Shown here: positions 21,784 to 32,249 of the stretch, piece after piece
Layout of the letters: each line of letters begins with the position of its first letter
Position numbering within the stretch: the first letter of the stretch is position 1
Assembly (NCBI GenBank): GCA_012862495.1
Contig: BLSG01000325.1
Span: 111,614-157,951, forward strand
DNA from: Thraustochytrium aureum
Lineage: Eukaryota
DNA: 46,338 bases
Direction of reading: 5' to 3'
Translations under genes and position numbers: made by a program
The notes under the pieces: model-generated
Database searches by the model: none
What the model saw: the letters and a program-made list of their open reading frames with translations, nothing else
What the model was told of the DNA's origin: nothing

Positions 21784-24557
21784 ATGTTGACGAAAACTTG
21801 TGTATCAACAGCAGTGCCTTCTCTTGACGGCTTGGGCATGATGCCCACGAGAACACAGACCCCTTGCACAAATCTGCAAGACGAAGGCGCCGGCGCGAGC
21901 TCGAACGCGCCCGCAGGGCGCTCGAGGCCGGCTGCCGCGATGCTGGCCGATGGGCAGGGCTCGCAAAACAAGGCGACGTCCAACGCTCGCGAAGGCACGG
22001 GTTCGCTCAGCGACGCCGTTCCGTCGTACCTGGAAGGGGATGACGGCTTGAGGCAAGGCGCAGCAGCTGAGGCGGCGGAGGTAGCTGGGGCTGAAAAGGT
22101 CTTGTGCTTCACTGTCTCCTTTGACGAGGGCGGCCGTGTCAGGGCGTCCATCGTCGAAGGCATGCAAGGCAGTGAGCGCAACGGGGAGGAAGCAAAGCCG
22201 CTCGGCTACGTAGCATTTGCAGAGGCGTGGGAAGCCGCAGCTGAGGACGGGTATCCTCTCACGTTCCGCATTGACGGTGCGACCGGCCAACTTGCTGCCG
22301 CTGGGCAAGCAGTACGCGCCGCTTGCTCCCCCAAAAGCGCATTCCGAGTCCGCAGGCAAGGACAAGCCGGCACCTGCATTGCTATGGGTGCAACAGATAA
22401 GGGCGAGGTCGTTAGCAGCGTTATTCTGCGAGCAGAGTCTGGGTACGCGACCGTCTGCGGTGTGGACGTGACCGACACAGTCGGCAAAGCCATGTTTGGT
22501 GCAGCCTTTTCAAAGTCGTTGTTCAGGTTAGCAAAACGCTTGCACGTGACTCAGATCGCTGCTCTTTGCGCTCAAGTCTTGATGTATACAATGCTAGCGC
22601 ACATGTTTGTACCGACTGCGCGGTCGGCTATTGGCGAAGATGCCCTCTGGCCGTTTTGGGCAACCGCTTTGCTCTGTGGTGCTGTGACCCTATTTGCGAT
22701 CGCTTTCTCATCTGCGCCGCTTCTTTACAGGCTGTTGCAAACCTATGAGGCGTGGTATATGTGGTTCCTTGGGGTCGCAGCCGGGATCTCCTTGAGCGCC
22801 ATGCACGGCATTTTCACCGTTCGCGGCTTGAGCTTTATCTTCATCTATGCCTGCCTCTCAACTATTGTTGGGGCCTCTGACGCCTTCCACCCCATGATGC
22901 GCGAAACGCGCTTAGGGAAGGTCACGCTTGCTCTGACCTGCAACGTACTTCTCATGATTTCGCTCGGCCTCATGCTCCTCTCTGGGAGCATGCTCAAGCC
23001 TGTGCGCTCCGAGCCGCTCGTGTTGTGGCATATCGTGGGCAAAGATGTCGAGCTATCTGCAAGCGAGCTCGCGAGCGCGCTTGGGCTCGGGATTCGGGGT
23101 CTTACGTCGTGTACTTTATCTACAAGCTATTCATGAGCCCGGAGAGTTTGCACCTTCTCCGGGCCCCGCTCACGATGGTTCGAATGTCCAACGTTGAGTA
23201 TATAGCAGGCCAAGTCAAGCGGGTCGACGAGCTGCAGAGGTTTCGCGACGCCGCCGACATGGAAATCCTCGGGAAGAAGGAGGTTTTCCACCTCGCGCGA
23301 GGTGCTTTGCGCAAATCTCGGATTCTCATCGAGCGGCAAGGCGCGGCTGGAGTCCGCGCCGCAATTCTCTCGGCAAAAGACGTTGCGGGGTCAGGGTCCG
23401 AGGCCGTCCACCAACATACCCAGGCCTCTGCACTCCGAGCGATTCGCGACGATGGCAAGGTGACTCTGTTGCTTTCGTCGAATGGCGGAGCCGGCGGCTC
23501 TGGGAGCTCAGCAAGCCCTGCTAACTCAGGCAGCGCATGGCCAGCTTGCGAGCCATCGAAAGCGAAGTCGTCAAAGCGAAGCAAGGCGGCGATATCGCCG
23601 GCCGACGGCGAACCAGAATCTGCTCTTCGAACCGCTGTGTCTCTGGGGAAGCCTCGCAAGTTGGTTCGCGTCTTGGCCGTGCAGCCGCGCTACTTCGGAG
23701 ACTTTCGACTAGTTAGCGGCGACACCATCGGGCTCCGCCTTTTCGGGGCCAGGAGGTCTGACATGTTGAGGCGCGCTGCTAATAGACTTCGAGTCGAGCG
23801 GCTCGTTCCGGTGCACTCGATTTCGAGCGCGCTTGCGATTCTCCACATTTTCTCTGCGCAGTTTCGCGACGCCACGGACAGTCAGCTCTGGTGGATGACG
23901 TGGTTATCGTCAATCCTTTGGGTGTTTATTACTTTCCCGGCTGTCCTCAACTTCAACGTCCCGCTTCTTCTCGCGCTTTTCCGTGAGTTTGAGGTCTGGT
24001 TTATGCTCTTCACTTCGACGACAGGCTTCGGAAGCTTGGGCCTGGTTTTGCCCGGGAACGGGCGAAACGTGTTCATGGCCAGTTCCGCTTTTGGGATAAC
24101 GCTTATTGTGGTACTCGGAGACTCGTGGCATCCCAACGGGCGGTTGAAGGGAGTGTACAAGTGGTCAACCATCTTTTTCGTCGTCGCAAACATACTGATG
24201 TTTGGTGCAACCCTCGTAGGTGCGCATAACCTCGAAGGCCCGCTGAATCTAGGCGTCGTCGTCGACGTGGAGCTTGCGGGGGCGTCGCTCAAGGTGAACT
24301 TGCTCACGTTTTCGCTGACCAAACTCCTTTGGGTGGTCGTATTCGCTTTGCGCTTGTCGTACTCTGCATTTCGGTACCCCGGGCGGATGCTCTCGTTGTA
24401 TGCAACGCTGACAATCCGAAAGGTAGACGAGAACGAGCTGAACGCGCTGATGCAAGCCCAGCTGGATGCGCAGCAGCCCACCCTGGCGCAGACCCCAGCG
24501 TTCCACTGGAGACCGGCGTCGCGCAAGTGCAAGCCCGGCGGTGCTAGCAGGACCTGA
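21784..24557 (+). CDS. Multi-pass membrane protein with two homologous ~5-6 TM modules; frameshift ~23091-23100
   Basis: Two hydrophobic blocks with matching motifs LLYRLLQTYEAWYMWF / LLLALFREFEVWFMLF, SDAFHP / GDSWHP and PESLHLL / PGRMLSL, separated by a hydrophilic loop. Confidence 0.75.
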
Positions 24558-24650
24558 GCGCCGAGCGCCTCTGCATTTTGCGCTGCGCGCAAGCTCCAAC
24601 GTAGATCCAAAGCCTTTCCGTTCATCGGTCAAGTTTCCTACCTGCTGGGT

Positions 24651-26285
24651 CTAGAATCTGTTGGCGGGGGCCGCCTTGCGGCGCAGCGCGGGGACCTCCT
24701 GGTCGATGATCGCGTCTAGCTGGCGCAGCTCGCCCCCGGACACCCGCTGCAAGCCGCCGGGGCCGACCGTCTCGATCGAGCTCTGGAGCGGAAGTCGGAC
24801 ACGCTGCCAGAGAGACTGCACAAACTGGTCGCGGTCTGCAATCTCGCGCACAAAGATGCGCTGGAACAGAGAGTTGAGGAACGCCTCGCGGCCCATTTCG
24901 CGCGCTTTGTCCTGCAGCTGGTAGTTGCCGTACAAGTAGACGCCGGCTGCGCCGGCGATGGAGGAGGCAGAGATCACCGCGGAAAAGGTCCAAATCGAGG
25001 GCACCAAGTAGAGCGCCGCAAGCGAGACCGAGTTCCCCGCGATCCCCACCCCGAGAGCAGTGACCCAGATCTTGCGGCGCGCCTGCTGAAAGTCGAGCCG
25101 GACGGCCTCGGAGACCACAAGGTGCATCCTGAGCAGGCGGGCAGAATCGTACAAATGGGTGATCATGTTGTCGATCCGCCGGTGCGGGGCGCGGCGCACC
25201 TCGGCGATGACGTCGTCTCGCTGCGCCTCGAGGTCCTGGAGGCTAGAGCGCCAGCTCAGGTGGGCGTCCTCGGCGTTGAAGGGCTCTGGCCTGCGGTGCT
25301 GGTCCTGGTACTTTAGCGTGCGGCCCGCGTTCCCCTTGTCGAGAGTAACAGGGGTGTACATGGTGTAGATCCGCGGCAGGTCCTTGCGCGGGATCACTTT
25401 GGAGAGGTTCCAGCAAAGGCTGCCGTAGGCCCGCGCAAAGTCGTGTATCTTTTTGAACTGATCCACCTTGTTGAGCACGATGTGCAGTTTGTGATCGAGG
25501 CCCGCGAGCGAGTTGGTCAGGACTGACAGCGTCTCGCCGGTCGTGCCGGGCTTGTCCGGGTCGAAGAATAGCAAGATGACGTCGGCGCGCTCCGCAAACC
25601 ACCGCGTGACGCCCTCGAAATCGTACCCGCGGTCACTTCTCCCCAGGTCGCCCCCGGTGTACGCGTTTGAGTCGGTAGGGCTGTCGATCATGCCTGGGCT
25701 GTCGATGAGGATTATGTCGTCCACAGCCAAGCCTTCGCGGACCTTGAGGTGCGTGTGGTGGATCAGAGCCGGCCCGAACGAGCGGAGCCCAGAGAAGCCC
25801 ATGTCTGGGTCGCCCACGAGGCTCGGGCCGTCCTGGTCTGAGTCGCGCATTCCTGGCATAATCACCGTGAACCCATCATCAGTTGGGGCCACGCCGGTGT
25901 TCTGGACGCGCCTCTCCAGCACGTGGTTGATGAAGGAGCTCTTGCCCGACGAGTGATTTCCCAGCAGGAAGACGAACGGGAGCGGGGTGCGCTCATCAGA
26001 CTCCTCCTCAAGCGGTCCGAGGTACTGCCTGTTTATGGGCAAGATCACCTCCTTCATTAGGGTTTCTGTCTCCCGGTCCACGAGCTTGGTGATCTCTGCC
26101 GCGTTCGCTCCCGCCTTGGCCTCCCCAGCCGCAATCTCCGCTTTCTCTCCGCCGCCAAACATGTTAAGTCCGCGGCCCGCCTGCGCTCTCGTCGCTCGGC
26201 GGACGCATCGGCGAACGTCGTCGCGGGCCAAACGTCGCACGTGGCCCGCAGCCAAAACCGCGAGTCGTCGAGATGGCAGCAGCAT
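24651..26285 (-). CDS. EHD/sarcalumenin-like dynamin-superfamily P-loop protein with predicted mitochondrial presequence and C-terminal TM hairpin
   Basis: G1 GNHSSGKS, G2 region TGVAPTDDGF, G3 DSPG, FFDPDKPGTTGE, G4 LNKVD; no EH domain; hydrophobic hairpin IWVTALGVGIAG..SASSIAGAAGVYLYG; Arg-rich N-terminus MLLPSRRLAVL. Confidence 0.85.
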   Translation of the reverse strand: MLLPSRRLAVLAAGHVRRLARDDVRRCVRRATRAQAGRGLNMFGGGEKAEIAAGEAKAGANAAEITKLVDRETETLMKEVILPINRQYLGPLEEESDERTPLPFVFLLGNHSSGKSSFINHVLERRVQNTGVAPTDDGFTVIMPGMRDSDQDGPSLVGDPDMGFSGLRSFGPALIHHTHLKVREGLAVDDIILIDSPGMIDSPTDSNAYTGGDLGRSDRGYDFEGVTRWFAERADVILLFFDPDKPGTTGETLSVLTNSLAGLDHKLHIVLNKVDQFKKIHDFARAYGSLCWNLSKVIPRKDLPRIYTMYTPVTLDKGNAGRTLKYQDQHRRPEPFNAEDAHLSWRSSLQDLEAQRDDVIAEVRRAPHRRIDNMITHLYDSARLLRMHLVVSEAVRLDFQQARRKIWVTALGVGIAGNSVSLAALYLVPSIWTFSAVISASSIAGAAGVYLYGNYQLQDKAREMGREAFLNSLFQRIFVREIADRDQFVQSLWQRVRLPLQSSIETVGPGGLQRVSGGELRQLDAIIDQEVPALRRKAAPANRF

Positions 26286-26348
26286 CGTGCGCGACCGACG
26301 GCTGCCTCTCCAAGGCTCCGGTTGCCGTATCCGCCGTCCCGTGGCCTC

Positions 26349-26355
26349 GCTGCTG

Positions 26356-26398
<43 letters not shown>

Positions 26399-26407
26399 TG
26401 CTGCTGC
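26349..26407. repeat. (CTG/CAG)~19 microsatellite upstream of the dynamin-like ATG
   Basis: Near-pure CTG run with two CTC interruptions. Confidence 0.85.
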
Positions 26408-26985
26408 GACTGTGCGAAGCAGGTCTGCTGTGCAAGGGCTTCGGACGCGCAATTCGACTTCGTTTTTGGAGACACCGAGCACGAAGTATACCAAGGTACT
26501 CGTGCAACATGAACCACTCAACGCTTCACCAGCGCGCGCTAGATGAACGGGCGATGGAGCGCCATGCATGAGGAACAGTGCCGTCTCGTCGAGCGTGGCG
26601 AAGGACGCTGGCGGCGTCGCCAAGTGGTTGTTAGCCCAGTTTGTTGGTTCTGGACGACGTGGTCGCCGCTCGCTGACATGGGATCGGTTCAAAGAGCGTG
26701 GGCGCGCGGGCTGGCTCTGTGGCACGCCGGGACGCACGGCGATCGGCGCATCGCGGTCGTCTTCGCAGATGAATCTCTCGGCTTCAGTGCGCACCACTGG
26801 CAAGCAAGTCGTTCATGGTGGACTTTGACATCGTGGGGACTCGACGAGGCGCAGAGCCCACGCGGCAGGGGAGCTGGCTATCGCGCGCATTTCCGATTGA
26901 GGACCAGGAGTTGAACTGACAAAAAGTGGATTCGTTACGCGAGAGAAATCGGGCACAACAACAAATCCGGGCGAGCAACCTTGCA

Positions 26986-27900
26986 TCAGGCGCTCCGCGG
27001 GTACAAGGCGTCGGAAACCGCGTCCATCGCTGCGGCGGTATCGGCGGCACTCACTTCGTGCACCTGTGCCATTGCGGCAAGCATGGCGGCCGGTGACAAC
27101 ACGAGGTTGCCCTGAAGCAGCTCTGCAAGGCCCGGGATCTGCGACAGGTCAAGTTTCTCGCCAGAGGCAGTCTTGAAGGTAGTGGCCTTGGCTACCTTCC
27201 CGTCGAGGGCCGGCGCGATGGGCAGAATCGGCCCGCACGCGCGCGCCCCGCAGCGCACCGCCTCGCCTCGGCGCCGCTTTTTGGCCCCCTCTTGGGCCGA
27301 GGCAATCTCTGCCCCAGAAGAAGCCTCCCCTGCTGCTCCGCAGATCCGCGCCCTCAGCATGGCGTTTTCTTCCCGCAGCTGCTCAATAGTGTCCAGGGCG
27401 TCTTGCAAGAGCTCTGCGCGTTCGCTCTTGGCGCTCTTGGACAGGCACTGCGCGAGCGCCATGAAGCGTTTGTTGACCTCCAAGCGGCGCTGTTTCTCGC
27501 GGAAGCTCTTGCGCTCCCTGTTTTGCGAGCGCACCGACCCCGTCACGGTGATCTTGCTAATCAGATCGTCAAAGTCGCCCGAGCAGTCGCCCTTCGCCGA
27601 AGACTCTAGCTTTGTTTGCTCGGGGGCCTCGCTATGCTGCTCGAAGCGGCCGGCGACGCCCGCGTTGCGATCCTGCGGCCGCGCATCCAGGTCCAAGAAC
27701 GTGGGCATGAACGCCTGCCTCGCCTGCTGCGCCGGTTTCGCTGGCGAGAGGGGCAGGCACATGCGCAGCAGCTCGTCTCCATCGCTATCAAGCCCCTCCG
27801 ACTGGTACCCGAGCATCATCCCAGGCTCGCAGCCCTGCCCATCCCTCGGCTCCATGCAGTCCAGCATCATGCCGAGGTCCTCGAGCTCCTGAAACTCCAT
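26986..27900 (-). CDS. bHLH(-ZIP) transcription factor; may extend into the gap beyond 27905
   Basis: RERKSFREKQRRLEVNKRFMALAQCL..SERAELLQDALDTIEQLREENAMLR: basic region with E-x-x-R-R, helix-loop-helix and a short zipper. Confidence 0.85.
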   Translation of the reverse strand: MEFQELEDLGMMLDCMEPRDGQGCEPGMMLGYQSEGLDSDGDELLRMCLPLSPAKPAQQARQAFMPTFLDLDARPQDRNAGVAGRFEQHSEAPEQTKLESSAKGDCSGDFDDLISKITVTGSVRSQNRERKSFREKQRRLEVNKRFMALAQCLSKSAKSERAELLQDALDTIEQLREENAMLRARICGAAGEASSGAEIASAQEGAKKRRRGEAVRCGARACGPILPIAPALDGKVAKATTFKTASGEKLDLSQIPGLAELLQGNLVLSPAAMLAAMAQVHEVSAADTAAAMDAVSDALYPRSA

Positions 27901-28596
27901 CCCGTNNNNNNNNNNNNNNNNNNNNNNNNNNNNNNNNNNNNNNNNNNNNNNNNNNNNNNNNNNNNNNNNNNNNNNNNNNNNNNNNNNNNNNNNNNNNNNN
28001 NNNNNNNNNNNNNNNNNNNNNNNNNNNNNNNNNNNNNNNNNNNNNNNNNNNNNNNNNNNNNNNNNNNNNNNNNNNNNNNNNNNNNNNNNNNNNNNNNNNN
28101 NNNNNNNNNNNNNNNNNNNNNNNNNNNNNNNNNNNNNNNNNNNNNNNNNNNNNNNNNNNNNNNNNNNNNNNNNNNNNNNNNNNNNNNNNNNNNNNNNNNN
28201 NNNNNNNNNNNNNNNNNNNNNNNNNNNNNNNNNNNNNNNNNNNNNNNNNNNNNNNNNNNNNNNNNNNNNNNNNNNNNNNNNNNNNNNNNNNNNNNNNNNN
28301 NNNNNNNNNNNNNNNNNNNNNNNNNNNNNNNNNNNNNNNNNNNNNNNNNNNNNNNNNNNNNNNNNNNNNNNNNNNNNNNNNNNNNNNNNNNNNNNNNNNN
28401 NNNNNNNNNNNNNNNNNNNNNNNNNNNNNNNNNNNNNNNNNNNNNNNNNNNNNNNNNNNNNNNNNNNNNNNNNNNNNNNNNNNNNNNNNNNNNNNNNNNN
28501 NNNNNCAACGCTTCCTTCGAGGTCGAATCACTCCACTTGCAAGCGTGAGATTTGGCCCGACGGCAAAGCGGAGAGGAGGCACTCGCCGACTGGACG

Positions 28597-30213
28597 ATGG
28601 GCCGCGGGAAAGCCAGGCTGCCAGCCAAGCTCGGGATGAGGGTCGCCGTGAACGACTTTGACAGCTGGATGCACTCGCTGGACCAAAACGGCGTGCCGTT
28701 GCACCAAGTGACGGACATCGAAGGCGCGATCCCGACAGGCTTGGCAGGCACCCTGTACCGCAACGGGCCCGCCCTCTTCGAGCGAGGCGACACAGCCGTC
28801 AAGCTCCTCGACGGCGACGGCTGCATCGTTGCGGTCGCGTTCGGCGCGGACGGCCGCGTCTGGATGAGCGCCAAATTCGTGGAGACCGTCGAGTTCCGCC
28901 GCGAGCGAGCCGCAGGCAAGATACTCTCGCGCGGCTGCTTCGGAACGCGCTCCGCCAGCCTCAGGGCCAACTACGGCATTCCAACGTTCAAGAACGCGGC
29001 AAACACGAACACCATCGCGTTCGCTGGGCGCATGTTCGCGCTCTGGGAAGGGAGCATGCCGTACGAGATCGACGCAACCACGCTCGAGACCGTGGGGGCC
29101 GGGCCCTGCAACCTCGGCGGCATCCTGCGCCCCGGGGAAACATTCTCCGCTCACCCTGCCATCGACCGAGCACGCAGGCACATGGTCAACATCGGCGCAA
29201 ATCCGCCCGCCAACGCGCGCCACCCCTTCTCGCCCGACCAGCTGCTTGTGTGGGAGCTGGACGAGCGCGTTTCGGGGCCGGGCCTCGTGTCGCGGCAGAA
29301 AATCGACCTCCTGATGCCGTACAGCATGATGCACGACTTTAAGGTCACCGAGGACTACGTGTGCTTCCTGCAGGCCCCGCTCCGGCTCTCGCTGCCGCGC
29401 CTCCTGTTGGGCGAAGGCGTCGGCACCGCCACGTACGAGCGCGCAGACGAGTGCGCGCTGCTATACGTGGTTCGGCGCCAGACAAGCCGCGCGTCGGCCG
29501 GGGCTCCGCCGAGGGTCGCCGTGTTCCGCGCGAGCCGCATGTTTTCGTACCATGCAATCAACGCTTTTCAGCGGCGCCAGAGCGGGGAGCTGGTCGTAGA
29601 CGTGCTCGCCACGGAGCGCTACATTCCCCTAGAAGCCGGGGCCGCCGGACAGGAGGTCCCGTTGGCGATGCAGCCGATTGCCTGCGTGGGCACCAACCGC
29701 GAAAACCCCACCCGCGCGGTGCGCCTCGTCGCCCAGGTGGCCAACTTGAGCGAGGAAATGTGGAGCGGCAAGGTAGTGCAGGCGCTCAAGGAGGAGCAGG
29801 TCATGTACGGGGCGGACGGCCGCGGCATCGAGATGGTGGCCATCAACCCTGCGCACGAGGGCAAGCCCTACAGGTACGCGTTCTGTGTCGACATGTGCCG
29901 CCCCGTGGTCGGCGTCGAGCGCGGCTGGGCGGGCATCGTAAAGTGCGACTGGCAAACCGGGCAACACCAAGCCTGGTTCGCCGAAGAGCAGCGTTCGCTC
30001 GTGGGCGACCCGGCCTTTGTGCCCCGCCGCGCAGGGCCGGACGGCCAGGCTGAGGACAGCGGCTGGGTCTTGTCGCACGTTTTCGACCCCGTTCGCCTCG
30101 CTTCGAGCGTGGCCGTCCTGGACGCGGCGTCCATGCAGCAGGTAGCAAGGGTCAACCTTGACGTCCCCCTGCCGATGGGCTTTCACACGCTCTGGCACCC
30201 CTCCAAGCTTTAG
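28597..30213 (+). CDS. Carotenoid cleavage oxygenase (RPE65/CCD family)
   Basis: EGAIPTGLAGTLYRNGP, DGDG, KNAANTN, and all four Fe-ligand His contexts (FSAHP, MMHDF, YHAINAF, GFHTLW), plus P.FVP..EDSGWV. An in-frame TGA at 28546 makes ATG 28597 the first possible start. Confidence 0.93.
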   Translation: MGRGKARLPAKLGMRVAVNDFDSWMHSLDQNGVPLHQVTDIEGAIPTGLAGTLYRNGPALFERGDTAVKLLDGDGCIVAVAFGADGRVWMSAKFVETVEFRRERAAGKILSRGCFGTRSASLRANYGIPTFKNAANTNTIAFAGRMFALWEGSMPYEIDATTLETVGAGPCNLGGILRPGETFSAHPAIDRARRHMVNIGANPPANARHPFSPDQLLVWELDERVSGPGLVSRQKIDLLMPYSMMHDFKVTEDYVCFLQAPLRLSLPRLLLGEGVGTATYERADECALLYVVRRQTSRASAGAPPRVAVFRASRMFSYHAINAFQRRQSGELVVDVLATERYIPLEAGAAGQEVPLAMQPIACVGTNRENPTRAVRLVAQVANLSEEMWSGKVVQALKEEQVMYGADGRGIEMVAINPAHEGKPYRYAFCVDMCRPVVGVERGWAGIVKCDWQTGQHQAWFAEEQRSLVGDPAFVPRRAGPDGQAEDSGWVLSHVFDPVRLASSVAVLDAASMQQVARVNLDVPLPMGFHTLWHPSKL

Positions 30214-30548
30214 CATAAACGAACAAGCACCGTCCCACGGCCCGCATCGCTCCCTCGACCAGCGCCGGAGAGCTTGCTGGCCAGGCCCGAGCCGAGCGTC
30301 CTCTGGAGTCACGCGCCTCCTCGCACCGAGCCGCCTGGCCGGGCTGATCCTCCTCGCCAGGCCAGTCGCACCAGCGCGCGAAGATCAGGGCGACCGGACG
30401 ACCGCTGCCCCTGTTCGCGCGCGACCCAACCATTGCACCTGCACCTCCCCAAAGCAGATCAGTTCAGAGTACTAGTACTCAAAGCAGCGTACTCTCCTTG
30501 AGGTACCAGCAACTTGCTGACGCACCGCCGTTGTCCGCAAGAAATTTC

Positions 30549-30959
30549 TTACAGATGAAAGCCCTCAGGGACAACCCCATCGAGCAAGGGGGTGATGCGC
30601 TCGCGCAATGTCCTTTGAAGCTCGGCCGGCTCTCCAGCAACCTTCTTTCGCCAGTAGTCGGTAAGTCGTTGACCGCGCAGATCGCGCCAAGCCTGCTTGA
30701 GCAGGTCACGGTCGCCGAAGACACCCGATTGCGGTGCACGGTTCTGAGGGCAGTTAGCGACGTGATGGTGGGCATTGTTGCTGTCGTCTCCACAGTCCCG
30801 CAGGCACCAGGCGCAAAACTTGCAATCGCACCCATTTCGTCCACATGTGACTGCAAAACAGGCGTCAAAGTCCTCGAACACAGAGCGGCACCGAGGGCAT
30901 CTCAGTGACAGAATTCCGTCTGTGATGTGGTCCCAGTGGTGTTGCACGTCCGTTTCCAT
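30549..30959 (-). CDS. Small protein with an RBR-type Rcat/RING2 (IBR-like) zinc-binding domain
   Basis: LSLRCPRC..FEDFDACFAVTC..CDCKFCAWC..AHHHVANC. ATG lies next to the 26-N gap, so the gene may be 5'-incomplete. Confidence 0.75.
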   Translation of the reverse strand: METDVQHHWDHITDGILSLRCPRCRSVFEDFDACFAVTCGRNGCDCKFCAWCLRDCGDDSNNAHHHVANCPQNRAPQSGVFGDRDLLKQAWRDLRGQRLTDYWRKKVAGEPAELQRTLRERITPLLDGVVPEGFHL

Positions 30960-31023
30960 TGCNNNNNNNNNNNNNNNNNNNNNNNNNNAGCGCGGGGTGG
31001 ACGAGCGCCGCCCGGCGTGTGCG

Positions 31024-31061
31024 CTGCGCCGAGACGCCCTGCGCCGAGACGCCCTGCGCCG
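31024..31061. repeat. 15-bp tandem repeat (CTGCGCCGAGACGCC x2.5) between divergent Rcat and U1-70K genes
   Basis: ctgcgccgagacgccctgcgccgagacgccctgcgccg. Confidence 0.75.
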
Positions 31062-31233
31062 CGCGCTCGCGACCCGGCCATCGGCCTCTGGGGCAGCTCT
31101 GAAGGAGGCTTGCAGATCGACCTGGCAGGGCAGCTGCCGCGAGCTCGCTCCGGCGGTCTGGCGCACAGAGACGCGGCCTGCTGCGTGGGCGTCGGGGACC
31201 GGCTGGTTGCTGGCTAGGTAGGCGACGCGCAGC

Positions 31234-32088
31234 ATGATGCGCGGGCACGGGTTCGGGAAGCGCGGCGTGGCGCGCGGCGCGACGGGCCCGCCCACGATGC
31301 ACCTGCCCCCGNACGTGTACGAGCTGTTCAACCCGCGGCCACCGTCGAGTACGTGCCGCCGGCGCCGCTCGCACGGAGTCGTGGAGCGCCCCATCGAGGG
31401 CGTCGGCAGCTTGCTTGGCCTGTTTTCCGACGAGAAGCCGGCGCTGGTGGGCAAGGCGCCACCCGGGCCCAGCGGCGTCGTCGTGCAGTGGCAGGTCGAC
31501 GAGAAGGCCAAGGAGGAGCGCAAGCGCCGCAAGGCCGCGCTGCGCGCTGAGCGCAAGGCCAAGCACGAGGCGCTCGTCGCCAAACGGGCCGAGTCGTACG
31601 ACCCCAAAGCGGACCCCGAGGGCAAAAAGACCAAGGAGGCCTACAACACCATGTTTGTCGGCAACCTGGACAAAGATGTCAACAAGGAAAAGCTCCGCAA
31701 GGAGTTTGAAAAGTACGGCCGCATTGTCAGCGTGGTCATGTACCCAAAGCGCCGCTTCGCCTTTGTCGAGTTCGACAACGCAGAAGACCTCAAACTGGCA
31801 TGTCTGAAGAGCGACGGCGTCCGCATCAACGGGCGCCGGGTTGTCGTGGATGTGGAGCGCGCTCGCACAGTAAAGGATTGGAAGCCGCGCTGCTTGGGCG
31901 GGGGAGTTGCGGGGCGCTCGCCTCGTGCGGGCGATCAAGATCGGAAGCGCCGCCTTGACGACCGCCAGCCGAGCGGGGGTGGCCGATACGAGCCTGTGCG
32001 CCGACAGGACTCGTACACTTCGAGAGACTCGCGCGACTCGCGCGACCGCGGCTGGGACAGGGACCGCGACAAGCGGAGGCGCTTCTAG
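31234..32088 (+). CDS. SNRNP70: U1 snRNP 70 kDa protein; two compensating frameshifts (~31343 and ~31383)
   Basis: MHLPP.VYELFNPRPP(VEYVPP in shifted frame), YDPKADP, RRM with TMFVGNL / FAFVEF, diagnostic INGRRVVVDVERARTVKDWKPRCLGGG, and an RD/RS-rich tail. Confidence 0.92.
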   Translation: MMRGHGFGKRGVARGATGPPTMHLPPXVYELFNPRPPSSTCRRRRSHGVVERPIEGVGSLLGLFSDEKPALVGKAPPGPSGVVVQWQVDEKAKEERKRRKAALRAERKAKHEALVAKRAESYDPKADPEGKKTKEAYNTMFVGNLDKDVNKEKLRKEFEKYGRIVSVVMYPKRRFAFVEFDNAEDLKLACLKSDGVRINGRRVVVDVERARTVKDWKPRCLGGGVAGRSPRAGDQDRKRRLDDRQPSGGGRYEPVRRQDSYTSRDSRDSRDRGWDRDRDKRRRF

Positions 32089-32249
32089 TGCCGTGCGCGA
32101 CTGCGTTGGCAAGACGTGGCGCTCCCGAAACCGGCATGCGCGGGTGTGGCGGCAGCTCGGTCCAAGCACGCGGCGTAGCTTGCCTCTAGAGGCCTTCAGC
32201 AGGAAGTAAACTGTTAATCTGCATCCGCTTCGCTTACTGCATATCGCTG

